From positions 1 to 34,997 of the forward strand of contig CAZSFU010000004.1 of assembly GCA_964606205.1 (NCBI GenBank): a DNA stretch of 34,997 nt. The letters run 5' to 3'. The DNA is from an uncultured Candidatus Saccharibacteria bacterium. GTDB taxonomy: Bacteria > Patescibacteriota > Minisyncoccia > Phycocordibacterales > DATDWN01. The notes beneath the pieces are model-generated. The model searched no databases. It had not been told where the DNA came from and saw nothing but the letters and a program-made list of their open reading frames with translations. This document shows positions 25,820-34,720 of this stretch, piece by piece. A program made the position numbers and the translations under genes. How positions within the stretch are numbered: the stretch's first letter is position 1; each line of letters starts with the position of its first letter.

Positions 25820-26507
25820 ATATTAAACAACACTTTTATTGTTTGGCGTCACATTGGTTTGTGCTGCGAAAACCAGTGAACAAACACTCCGAGTGTAGGA
25901 ATATAAAAAGTAGTTTTTAAATTTTAAAGTTATTTTGGAATTTTTATATGTAAGGAGGACTTTGTCCAAACCAAATATTATTCCAAGAAGTACCGAACGA
26001 AACATTTAAGTTCTTCCCAGATGAACTAGCTCATGTTCACAGTGTTTCCAAAGGAAAACTGTGCCCAGAAAGACGTTAGATAACATCTTTATACCGAATC
26101 TTAAGTCTGAGAGTCGTGGCTTCGTCAAACCTTTTACTCTCCATAAGCGGGTTTTGATATTATCCTCGCGATATCGTTCGATACCACAAAACTTTAAAAT
26201 CAAAGCGCTGATCAGGATTCTGCTGAGACTATGCTTCAGACAGAACGTGGTAATGTGGTCATAACTCACATTCCATGATCTAAAAGATTCACAATGACCG
26301 GTTGCGCTACTATCTCCCCATAATCCAAGCGCCCAGATAGCGGATTACAGTTCACAGATTATCACTATGAGTTAAGGTGTTAAATTTCGGCCGTCAGGTT
26401 GGTCAAGTAGGTTTGGATGGGTGAACGGTTACGCCACTAGCTCCACATGACTCAGGCGTCCAAATAATCGTCATGTTTCATAGCTCCCACCAATCTGACT
26501 ACCTAAA
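25820..26507 (-). ncRNA. Candidate large structured non-coding RNA or decayed ribozyme/intron fragment (family and strand uncertain)
   Basis: About 0.7 kb has no protein-like ORF, and GC is raised (mid-40s % in 26270-26550). A long-range 14-nt helix pairs 26389-26402 with 26490-26503 and encloses the CATGAC/GTCATG hairpin (26446-26475). A weak promoter (TTGACA-N18-TAACAT, 26537-26508) and a terminator at 25800-25819 lie on the minus strand. Confidence 0.3.
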
Positions 26508-26555
26508 ATGTTACTCCTCCCACAAACACCCTGTCAAGAAAACTCCTAATTGATA

Positions 26556-27173
26556 TTATTCAGATTTTGTTTCCGAATGTAGAACAACTTTATTGCGGCC
26601 AGTTTGCTTGGCTTTATAGAGGGCGTCGTCTGCGTTTTTTATAATTTCTTCCAAATTACTTGTTTCCGAGTTTGAGGCAATCCCGATACTTATTGTTATT
26701 TTAAAATCTGGATCGTGTTCGAAAGTTAGTTTGCTTATTTCTTCTCGTATACTCTCGGCTTTCATCTTTGCATCTTCCTCACTCGCACCCAAAAGTGACG
26801 CAACCATTTCCTCGCCGCCCCAACGTGCAACAGTATCACCATCCCTCAAACTATTAACAATAGTATCTGCAACTTTTTTCAAAATTTCATCACCAACATC
26901 ATGTCCATATGTGTCGTTTACTTTTTTGAAATGATCAACATCAAAAAATAAAATGCTTACATTTCTAAATCCAAACCAATTTTGTCTTTTTTCGTTACTG
27001 AGATTTGATATAGCAGACAAATAGACTTTTGATTCTTCCTCAAAAAAAGCACGGGTTTTTAAATTAGTAAGATGATCATGAATCAAATCCCGCTCAAGTT
27101 CGTGGATTTGTGTCTCCAAATTTGATATTTGATCTTTTAGTTTTTGTGTTTCGTCCATTTTTTTATTATACAT
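26556..27173 (-). CDS. GGDEF-domain diguanylate cyclase with an N-terminal coiled coil
   Basis: It has DVDHFKKVNDTYGH, an active-site WGGEEM variant of GGEEF, and RDGD (RxxD I-site) 5 residues upstream. Confidence 0.9.
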   Translation of the reverse strand: MYNKKMDETQKLKDQISNLETQIHELERDLIHDHLTNLKTRAFFEEESKVYLSAISNLSNEKRQNWFGFRNVSILFFDVDHFKKVNDTYGHDVGDEILKKVADTIVNSLRDGDTVARWGGEEMVASLLGASEEDAKMKAESIREEISKLTFEHDPDFKITISIGIASNSETSNLEEIIKNADDALYKAKQTGRNKVVLHSETKSE

Positions 27174-28036
27174 TACCAGCTACCACTTGAGCCACCACCT
27201 CCTGACGAACCTCCGCCAAATCCTCCAAAACCCCCACCACCAGAACCGCCACCTCCGCCACTCATCCACCAAGGATATCCACCCAGTGCGCGTGCACGAC
27301 TGTACGAGTTAGAAACTATGTAGTCCAAAAACAAACCAAACAGAATTAATAAAATAATTGTTGGAATTGCCAGGATTATAGCTGTGATGAAGAAATGCCA
27401 AACAACCATACCAATAATACCTCCCAATACACCCCCGCCCCACCAAGACTTCGATCGAGCGAGCATGGCTGTAACTATTTGTATTCCTACAATAAATGCA
27501 AAAAAGACGAAGTCCCAAGGAATACCGCTTTTTCTCGTTATATAGTCACTTGGAACAACATCTGTCCCACCCAAAGCCTCGACCATACTTCCGACACCAA
27601 GACTTATACCTTTATAGTAGTCGCCCGCTTTAAAAGCCGGACTAATGATTTCACTCTGTATATATGACGTACCAATATCTGTCAAAAACGGCTCTACTCC
27701 ATAACCAGTATGGATTCTAGTTTTTCTATCCGCTAGCGAGATGAGCAAAAGCACTCCATTGTCCTTTCCTTTTTTACCAATCCCCCATTTGGTAAATATT
27801 TCTTGAGCGACATTTTCTATAGTGTCACCATCGAGAGATGGTATTGTGACAACGGCAATCTCGTTTGTAGTGTTTTTTTCATAGTTCTCTAGTTTATTTT
27901 CCAAATCCAAGACTTGTTCAGATGTCATCATATTTGCGTAGTCCTGTATAAAACCTGTAGGTCTTTCAGGCACAGTAAAAGCAAATGCCGAAATTGGCAA
28001 AATAAATATAGATAGCAATGCAAAATATTTTTGCAT
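27173..28036 (-). CDS. TPM-domain (DUF477) membrane protein with a Gly-rich C-terminal tail
   Basis: It has a signal peptide and the TPM core (NEIAVVTIPSL..GVLLLISLADRKTRIHTGYG). TM helices and a GGGGSGGGGFGG tail follow. The ATG at 28036 is chosen because the longer ORF would overlap lemA. Its stop overlaps the GGDEF start (TAATG). Confidence 0.85.
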   Translation of the reverse strand: MQKYFALLSIFILPISAFAFTVPERPTGFIQDYANMMTSEQVLDLENKLENYEKNTTNEIAVVTIPSLDGDTIENVAQEIFTKWGIGKKGKDNGVLLLISLADRKTRIHTGYGVEPFLTDIGTSYIQSEIISPAFKAGDYYKGISLGVGSMVEALGGTDVVPSDYITRKSGIPWDFVFFAFIVGIQIVTAMLARSKSWWGGGVLGGIIGMVVWHFFITAIILAIPTIILLILFGLFLDYIVSNSYSRARALGGYPWWMSGGGGGSGGGGFGGFGGGSSGGGGSSGSW

Positions 28037-28046
28037 ATTTAGAAAA

Positions 28047-28628
28047 TTAAAACTGAACAGTTGGAACAACCTTTGCTGAGTCAGGAACGTTAAAATATGA
28101 CTTTTCACTGAATCCAAATAATTTTGCAACTAACATACCAGGGAATCGGCTTATGCTTGTATCAAAACCCTGAACCAACTGATTGTATTTCATTCTCTCT
28201 ACTGAGATCCTGTTTTCTGTTCCTTCAAGTGAAGTCATCAAATCCCTGAACGACTGTGAGGACTGAAGCACTGGATAGTTCTCAGTGATAACCAAAAGTC
28301 TTCCAAGAGCTGACTCATACTGTGTTGCTGCCTGAGCTTTTTCGTCTGCTGTAGTTGCTCCTGAGTATCTAGTTCTAGCATCAGCGATAGCTGTAAATAC
28401 AGTAGTCTCTTGTTTTGCAACGCCTTTTACGGTTGAAACTAGGTTGGGAATCAAATCAAAACGTCTCTGTAGCTGGTTGTCTACCTGAGCCCACTGAGCT
28501 GTAACAGCCTTTTCTTGTGATACAAGGGAGTTGTAGCTACCCATTACCCATAAACCAAGGATCACAACAACACCTAAAATAATAACTAATATCTTGTTAC
28601 GCTGAAAAAAGCTTTGTTCTGTTGGCAT
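28047..28628 (-). CDS. lemA: LemA family protein
   Basis: It has an N-terminal TM segment and YNSLV..V..W.QVDNQLQRRFDLIPNLV, the typical LemA pattern. Confidence 0.92.
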   Translation of the reverse strand: MPTEQSFFQRNKILVIILGVVVILGLWVMGSYNSLVSQEKAVTAQWAQVDNQLQRRFDLIPNLVSTVKGVAKQETTVFTAIADARTRYSGATTADEKAQAATQYESALGRLLVITENYPVLQSSQSFRDLMTSLEGTENRISVERMKYNQLVQGFDTSISRFPGMLVAKLFGFSEKSYFNVPDSAKVVPTVQF

Positions 28629-28747
28629 TATAATATTTAGTTAACAATAATAGAGTCGATTATACCATGAATATGAAATAATCAAGATGTAGATGAAAAG
28701 ACTTCGTATTTGCATTTTTTAGGTTTTTTGGTAGTATTTAACCCATC

Positions 28748-28978
28748 ATGAGTATTACTGGAATGATTCCTTATATCCAAATTGTATTGTCTGTACTCCT
28801 TATTGGAGGCATACTCCTACAAAGATCAGAAGCTGGCCTAGGTTCCGCATTCGGTGGAGGTGACAGTTTTTCATCTGGATATCACACAAAAAGAGGTGCT
28901 GAAAAAATGCTTTTTATTGCTACTATTGTTATAGCTACTCTTTTTGCAGCGACGTCATTCAGCCTACTACTCATCTAA
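28748..28978 (+). CDS. secG: Preprotein translocase subunit SecG
   Basis: The 76-aa ORF has two TM helices and the LLQRSEAGLGSAFGGG motif. Confidence 0.85.
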   Translation: MSITGMIPYIQIVLSVLLIGGILLQRSEAGLGSAFGGGDSFSSGYHTKRGAEKMLFIATIVIATLFAATSFSLLLI

Positions 28979-28979
28979 T

Positions 28980-29103
28980 AAGACTTTTAAATTTGACGAT
29001 CTCCTTTGTCGGACTTCGGTAAAATAATTGTCAACGTACCACTAAGTACGCCTCCAATTATTTTCCTTGTCCTTCGCGGATATCATTCAAATTATAAAAT
29101 CTT
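28980..29103 (+). repeat. Rod-like imperfect hairpin of about 120 nt directly after the secG stop
   Basis: Outer arms AAGACTTTTAAATTTGA and TCAAATTATAAAATCTT pair at 14 of 17 positions. GATCTCC/GGATATC is nested inside. The inner stem is GGTAAAATAATTG (29018-29030) with CAATTATTTTCC (29055-29066), around a central CGTAC/GTACG. The architecture matches the element at 3542-3662. Confidence 0.45.
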
Positions 29104-29133
29104 ATGGAAATAAATTAATATTAAATACAACTC

Positions 29134-30879
29134 GTGGATAAAGAATACTTTAAGTCTCTGCTTAAAAAGGAGTGGTCACTGCCTTACTCAGACAAAGTGA
29201 GTAACGTTATAAAAGGTTTTTCTCTTACTGAAAAAACTATATTTTTTGTATTTTCTGCTATTTTTATTTTCAGTGGACTATCACTTCTATACCAAGTAAA
29301 CAAAATATTTTTAGTTGAAGTTCCTGATTATGGTGGATCGTTAACAGAGGGGGTTATCGGATCACCGAGATTTATAAATCCATTATTGGATTCTAGTGAT
29401 ATAGACAAAGACCTGACATCACTTGTTTACTCTGGACTTATGAGAATAAACTCAAAAGGAGAACTTATAAATGATTTGGCTGAAAGCTACACGGTGTCAG
29501 ACGACTCACTTACTTATACATTTACATTGAGAAAAGATGCAGTTTTTCACAACGGCACACCAATAACTGCTGATGACGTGGTGTTTACGATTGAAAAGGC
29601 TCAGGACTCAGAGTTAAAAAGCCCTAGAGAAGCAAACTGGGCTGGTGTTAAGGTTGAAAAAATAGATAGCAAAACTATATCTTTCATTCTAAAACAGCCA
29701 TACTCTGCTTTCATGCAAAACGCTACGATCGGAATACTGCCGAAAAGTATTTGGAGTAAAGCCTCTATAGAGGAGTTTCCATTTAGTCAGTTCAATACAA
29801 AACCCGTAGGAAGTGGCCCATATAAAATAGACTATATAACTTACTCTAGCAGTGGGCTACCGTCAGAGTACCACCTAATTTCATTTAATAAATACGCTCT
29901 CGGACAACCATACATTACAAAAATAATAATTAAGTCTTACCAAAACGAAAAAGACCTAGTTCAAGCATATAAAAACGGGGATATAGAAAGCCTACACAGC
30001 GTTTCTCCAAAATCTTTGCCGGTATTATCTGTATCCAGTGATGAAATACTATTGTCACCACTACCAAGAATATTCGGAGTATTTTTCAATCAAAACGTTG
30101 CGACTGTTTTTGTTAATAGAGAAGTACGACAAGCCCTAGATATTGCAACAGACAAACAAGCAATAGTAGACGAAGTTCTAGGCGGTTACGGTCAAACAAT
30201 AAACAGCCCCGTACCTTTGGATAAAATAAAAGAGTCCACAGCCACAAACACTGACCGCATAGAAAAAGCCAGAAATATATTAACAAAAGCAGGTTGGAAA
30301 CAGAATTCATCTGGTATTTTTGAAAAGAAAGATAAAAAGGAAACAGTTCTCCTATCTTTCTCTATCACAACTGGTAACGTTCCAGAGCTGAAGGAAGCAG
30401 CATATCTTTTACAAAAGCAATGGCAGGAGTTAGGTGCAAAAGTAGAGGTTAAAGTTTTTGAAATTGGTGATTTAAACCAGAACATTATTAGACCTCGAAA
30501 ATACGATTCCCTACTGTTCGGAGAAGTTGTCAGCAAAGATCTTGATCTCTATCCATTTTGGCATTCATCTCAGCGAAATAGCCCTGGACTAAACATCTCA
30601 CTTTACACAAACATAAAAGCTGATAAGCTTCTTGAAAACATCAGGAGCTCAAGTGATCCAACTCTCAAGAGAGGCTATCTTGAAAGCTTTAACAAGGAAA
30701 TTTCAGTCGACATGCCAGCAGTGTTCACATACTCACCATACTTTATTTACATAGTGCCAAAGAAAGTTCAAAACGTGAGTATCGGTCAAGTTACAGCGCC
30801 AGGAGAAAGATTTGCAGATGTGAGTAAATGGTACATAGAGACAAATAGCGTTTGGAAAATATTTACAAATAAAAATTAA
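29134..30879 (+). CDS. ABC-transporter family-5 (peptide/nickel type) substrate-binding protein, membrane-anchored, orphan
   Basis: The 581-aa ORF has an N-terminal TM segment and an SBP_bac_5-like core (LTYTFTLRKDAVFHNGTPITADDVVFT). It has a GTG start. No permease or ATPase gene is adjacent. Confidence 0.82.
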   Translation: MDKEYFKSLLKKEWSLPYSDKVSNVIKGFSLTEKTIFFVFSAIFIFSGLSLLYQVNKIFLVEVPDYGGSLTEGVIGSPRFINPLLDSSDIDKDLTSLVYSGLMRINSKGELINDLAESYTVSDDSLTYTFTLRKDAVFHNGTPITADDVVFTIEKAQDSELKSPREANWAGVKVEKIDSKTISFILKQPYSAFMQNATIGILPKSIWSKASIEEFPFSQFNTKPVGSGPYKIDYITYSSSGLPSEYHLISFNKYALGQPYITKIIIKSYQNEKDLVQAYKNGDIESLHSVSPKSLPVLSVSSDEILLSPLPRIFGVFFNQNVATVFVNREVRQALDIATDKQAIVDEVLGGYGQTINSPVPLDKIKESTATNTDRIEKARNILTKAGWKQNSSGIFEKKDKKETVLLSFSITTGNVPELKEAAYLLQKQWQELGAKVEVKVFEIGDLNQNIIRPRKYDSLLFGEVVSKDLDLYPFWHSSQRNSPGLNISLYTNIKADKLLENIRSSSDPTLKRGYLESFNKEISVDMPAVFTYSPYFIYIVPKKVQNVSIGQVTAPGERFADVSKWYIETNSVWKIFTNKN

Positions 30880-30889
30880 CAATAAAATT

Positions 30890-32734
30890 ATGGACAATAC
30901 AGACAAGAAAATAGAAGCGGCAGCGACAGGAATACCACAGAGGGAGGGCGCAAGAAGCCATACTGCAGGTAGAGGCCGGCAGTCTTTCAGAGGTAAATCT
31001 TTCAGCAGACGAGATACTCCAACTGTAAAAAATACAGTTAGAAAAACAGAAGATGTTATACCTCCTATCGGAGACAATATTAGAATCATCCCACTTGGTG
31101 GAGTAGAGGAAGTCGGACGAAACATGACAATGATCGAATATAAAGACGATATTATTGTTATTGATATTGGTTTCCAGTTCAAAGACGAAGATACACCAGG
31201 TATAGACTACATACTTCCTAACACAAAATACCTTGAGGATAACAAACACAAAATAAGAGGTTTGTTTATTACTCACGGCCACTTGGATCACATCGGAGGA
31301 CTGCCTTTTATCATAGATAGAATAGGCTACCCAAAAATATACACAAGGCAGTTTGGAGCTATCATGATCCAAAAAAGACAGGAAGAATTTCCACATCTAC
31401 AACCTTTGGACATCCAGATCATCGAGGGTGATGAAACCATAACGGTTGGTTCACTGAAAGTTAAAACTTTCCCTATTTCACACACTATTCCAGATTCAAT
31501 GGGGCTTGTGATCGAAACACCATATGGAAACATCGTATTCATCGAGGATGTTCGAGTAGATAACGTTGCTGGAGTACCAACAGAAGAAGAAGTAGAGCAG
31601 TACAAGAGGTTTAAAAACATGAACACTCTCCTACTCACAATGGACTCTACTTCTATAGAAAAGCCCGGCTTCTCACTATCAGAAAATGTTGTTGTTGAAA
31701 ACATAGATAGATTCATCAAAGAGACAAAAAGCCGACTTATTATTGCAACTTTTGCTTCTCAAGTGGAGAGAATCATTGCAATTATAAATGCAGCTGAAAA
31801 ATACAATAAAAAAATAGTTATAGAGGGGCGATCAATGAAATCAAACATTGAAATCGTAAAAATGCTAAAGCTGGCTGATGCTAAAAACATTATTCCTCTA
31901 GAAGAAATAGAGAGCTATCCTCCTGACAGAATTATCATGCTAGTAACAGGTGCTCAGGGAGAAGAGTTCGCTGCGCTAATGCGTATAGCAAACAAAACAC
32001 ACAAATACGTGCGACTAAAGCCGACAGATACTGTTCTATTGTCAGCATCAGTTATTCCAACAAACCACAAGTCAGTTGTTAACCTAAAGGATAACCTGTA
32101 CAGATCTGGCGCAAAGATAGTTACATATCTAGACTCAGATATTCATGCTTCAGGTCACGGAAACAGAGACGAGCTTAAGTGGATTCACCAGCAGATCCCT
32201 TACAAATTCTTTATGCCCGTGCACGGAAACCACTACATGTTGTGCCAACACGCAGAGTTGTCATGCTCTCTTGGACATAGTAAAGACAATGTGGTCATAC
32301 CTGATAACGGATCAATAATAGAAATATACGACAACGGTGAAAAAATCAGGGTTCTAAAAGAAAAGGTTCCAGCCAACCTAGTTCTCGTGGACGGCTTCGC
32401 AGTTGGCAATATTCAGGAAATGGTTATACGAGATAGAAAAATGCTTGCTCAAGACGGAATCTTTCTTATCGTTGTAAGCATCAACACAAAAACAGGAAAG
32501 CTAAAGAAATCACCCGACATTATCGCTAGAGGGTTTGTCTATGTGAGAGAGTCACAAGACCTACTAACAAACGCACGAATGGTTATTAAAAAGACAGTAG
32601 AAGATACAACTCAAGGAATGAATCCAATAGATTTTGATCTTGTAAAATCAGTTTTGGCAGACAATGTTGCAAGATTCCTGTTCCAAAAGACAGCAAAGAA
32701 ACCTATGGTTATACCTGTGATACTTGGCGTCTAA
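30890..32734 (+). CDS. rnj: Ribonuclease J with an Arg/Lys-rich N-terminal extension
   Basis: It has the metallo-beta-lactamase motif HGHLDHIGG, a beta-CASP region and HASGHG. About 60 basic, low-complexity residues precede the core. Confidence 0.92.
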   Translation: MDNTDKKIEAAATGIPQREGARSHTAGRGRQSFRGKSFSRRDTPTVKNTVRKTEDVIPPIGDNIRIIPLGGVEEVGRNMTMIEYKDDIIVIDIGFQFKDEDTPGIDYILPNTKYLEDNKHKIRGLFITHGHLDHIGGLPFIIDRIGYPKIYTRQFGAIMIQKRQEEFPHLQPLDIQIIEGDETITVGSLKVKTFPISHTIPDSMGLVIETPYGNIVFIEDVRVDNVAGVPTEEEVEQYKRFKNMNTLLLTMDSTSIEKPGFSLSENVVVENIDRFIKETKSRLIIATFASQVERIIAIINAAEKYNKKIVIEGRSMKSNIEIVKMLKLADAKNIIPLEEIESYPPDRIIMLVTGAQGEEFAALMRIANKTHKYVRLKPTDTVLLSASVIPTNHKSVVNLKDNLYRSGAKIVTYLDSDIHASGHGNRDELKWIHQQIPYKFFMPVHGNHYMLCQHAELSCSLGHSKDNVVIPDNGSIIEIYDNGEKIRVLKEKVPANLVLVDGFAVGNIQEMVIRDRKMLAQDGIFLIVVSINTKTGKLKKSPDIIARGFVYVRESQDLLTNARMVIKKTVEDTTQGMNPIDFDLVKSVLADNVARFLFQKTAKKPMVIPVILGV

Positions 32735-32737
32735 AAC

Positions 32738-32766
32738 AAAAAACCACCCAATGGGTGGTTTTTTGT
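32738..32766 (+). terminator. RNase J terminator
   Basis: AAAAAA-CCACCC-aat-GGGTGG-TTTTTT. Confidence 0.8.
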
Positions 32767-32803
32767 TTTAAAGAAATTACTTATAATATATAATTAATAA
32801 ATT

Positions 32804-33979
32804 ATGGACAAAATACTTTCACCATTCAAACAAAGCCCACTCCTTAACACGCTTTTCCTTTCGAATATATTCATATCATTTCATTATGCACTGATAATAT
32901 ATATTAACTCCTCTTTTCTATCCTCAGTATTTACCGAAACACAGGTTTCCGCACTATACATAATAGGATCAATCGCAAGCACTTTTTGTCTAGTAAAAGC
33001 TTCGCAGATATTGGAAAGGACGGGTATTTATATATTTGCTATTACGGCGACCATATTGGAAATAATAACAGTTTTTGGTTTATCTATATTTAGCACTCCT
33101 CTACTCATAGGACTTTGCTTTATTATTCACACAGCTATGATTTCGCTGGTCATGTTCAATATGGATGTCTTGATAGAAATAGCGGAGTCAGACAAAAATA
33201 CTATAGGTAGTATAAGAGCCACATATCTAACATTAACAAACATAACCATAGTGCTTGCTCCGTTTTGTTTGTCATGGATACTCGTCGCCAAAGAATATAA
33301 AAATGTATATCTTTTGTCCGCGATATCAATGTTGCCGTTATATTTTTTGTTCAAGAAATTTAAAAATATAAAGACTGGAATTATTCAACACATCAACGTT
33401 AAAGAAACTTTTTCTGTTTTTGTAAAAAATGTAAATTTATACAACATACTTTTGATACAGTTCATTCTCCAGCTTTTTTATGCCTTTATGGTTGTGTATA
33501 CACCCCTATATCTAGAACGACATATAGGTTTTTCATGGTCGGAAATCGGCCTTATATTTACTATTATGCTTTTGCCTTTTGTTCTATTTGAAGTACCAGT
33601 TGGGGAACTATCGGATGATAAATACGGCGAAAAGGAGTTTCTAACAATAGGACTTGTTATCATGGGTCTTTCTACCCTATTTATTAGTTTTATTACAGCA
33701 AAAATTCTATGGATTTGGGCTGTTATTCTATTCATAACTCGTATAGGAGCTAGCTTTGTTGAGGTCAGCACCGAAAGTTATTTTTTCAAGATTATTGATA
33801 AAGAAAAAACCGATGCTATCAGTTTTTTCCGAATTACAAGACCTGTATCTTTCATGGTGGCGCCAGTGATTGCAACCATCATACTTCAGTTCATACCATT
33901 CCAATATATATTTATATTTATTGGGACTATTATGATAGTTGGAACTAGATACAGCTTACCGTTGATAGATACAAAATAG
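32804..33979 (+). CDS. MFS-type transporter (about 12 TM segments)
   Basis: The 391-aa ORF is uniformly hydrophobic with a periodic helix pattern. The substrate is unknown. Confidence 0.75.
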   Translation: MDKILSPFKQSPLLNTLFLSNIFISFHYALIIYINSSFLSSVFTETQVSALYIIGSIASTFCLVKASQILERTGIYIFAITATILEIITVFGLSIFSTPLLIGLCFIIHTAMISLVMFNMDVLIEIAESDKNTIGSIRATYLTLTNITIVLAPFCLSWILVAKEYKNVYLLSAISMLPLYFLFKKFKNIKTGIIQHINVKETFSVFVKNVNLYNILLIQFILQLFYAFMVVYTPLYLERHIGFSWSEIGLIFTIMLLPFVLFEVPVGELSDDKYGEKEFLTIGLVIMGLSTLFISFITAKILWIWAVILFITRIGASFVEVSTESYFFKIIDKEKTDAISFFRITRPVSFMVAPVIATIILQFIPFQYIFIFIGTIMIVGTRYSLPLIDTK

Positions 33980-33980
33980 A

Positions 33981-34370
33981 CTAGGCTTTCTTTGCTTTTT
34001 TCGCAACAGGTTTCTTTGCAGAAACACCACCAGCATCTATATGCTTTTTAATATTCTTCCAATGTTTTTTCAAATCTACTCCTAGTTTTTCTAGTTCTGC
34101 CTTATCTATACTTTTTATACCCTGATACTTTTTCATTACTCCTGAAACTAGTTCAGTATAAGTCCCCTCGTTTACATCCTTTAGATTCTCAAGTTTTTCC
34201 AAAACTTCACCTTTAGCCTTTAGCATCCATCCTTTTATTTTCTCTTTCTTCTTGGCTCCATCTTTTGTTCCATACAAATAATATGCACCAGCAAAACTTG
34301 CCGCTAATATTCCCAAGCCCATTAATGCTGCAGGGGCTTTGTTACTTTTTGATTTATTTTTTTCTGCCAT
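33981..34370 (-). CDS. YtxH-like small membrane-anchored Lys-rich protein
   Basis: A TM/Gly-zipper helix (GLGILAASFAGAYYLYG) is followed by a charged helical region. TAAAAT lies 6 nt upstream of the ATG. Confidence 0.6.
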   Translation of the reverse strand: MAEKNKSKSNKAPAALMGLGILAASFAGAYYLYGTKDGAKKKEKIKGWMLKAKGEVLEKLENLKDVNEGTYTELVSGVMKKYQGIKSIDKAELEKLGVDLKKHWKNIKKHIDAGGVSAKKPVAKKAKKA

Positions 34371-34390
34371 AATTTTATTTTAAAGATTAA

Positions 34391-34699
34391 TTATTCATTG
34401 TTAACATCCACATTCTCATCCTTCTTTTTATTTCGAGACTTTGGTTTTGCTCTCATTAAACCCAAAAAAGAATATAGAACATTTGTTATTCTATGACCTT
34501 TATCCTCCGCTTCTTCCCTGAACGCCTTAACGTCTTCCAATATTTTCTCACCTTCTTCTCTTGCCTTTGCTGATAAAAATTTAATATCTCTTAATATTTT
34601 TATTAAATAATAAAGCGTGATTGTAATCGCCACAGAAACAACCACAGTCGATACAGATGAAATAACGAAAAATATATCGGATTTTAATATACTGGTCAT
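34391..34699 (-). CDS. Small membrane-anchored coiled-coil protein (DUF948-like)
   Basis: It has one N-terminal TM helix and then a charged helix. TATACT lies 7 nt upstream of the ATG. Confidence 0.55.
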   Translation of the reverse strand: MTSILKSDIFFVISSVSTVVVSVAITITLYYLIKILRDIKFLSAKAREEGEKILEDVKAFREEAEDKGHRITNVLYSFLGLMRAKPKSRNKKKDENVDVNNE

Positions 34700-34720
34700 A
34701 GATACAAGTATAACACAGAC

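Noticed and set aside
25823-26269. Two co-linear in-frame ORFs (87 and 60 aa) separated by one TAA; considered as a pseudogene or a stop-codon read-through gene
   Set aside because: The translation is Leu/Ile/Lys/Phe/Cys-rich with no recognisable motif, no start context and no SD or -10 spacing. I treat the region as non-coding, but a frame-aware protein search could still overturn this.
26329-26420. Intact group II intron, suggested by the 12-mer GCGCCCAGATAG and nearby GGTGTTAA / GTCAAGTAG matches to the Ll.LtrB 5' end as I recall it
   Set aside because: The GUGYG 5' end is absent (AAGCG here). I found no domain V hairpin with an AGC triad and GNRA loop, and no reverse-transcriptase ORF. 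The plus-strand element would also run into the GGDEF gene. I keep it only as a decayed-fragment hypothesis.
30113-31719. Several minus-strand ORFs of 65-177 aa overlapping the SBP and RNase J genes
   Set aside because: They are antisense to well-supported conserved genes, Cys/Phe/Leu/Ser-rich, and have no start context. The same holds for the other short antisense ORFs in the track (for example 412-822, 913-1137, 2726-3097, 9050-9493, 15693-16097, 24234-24716).
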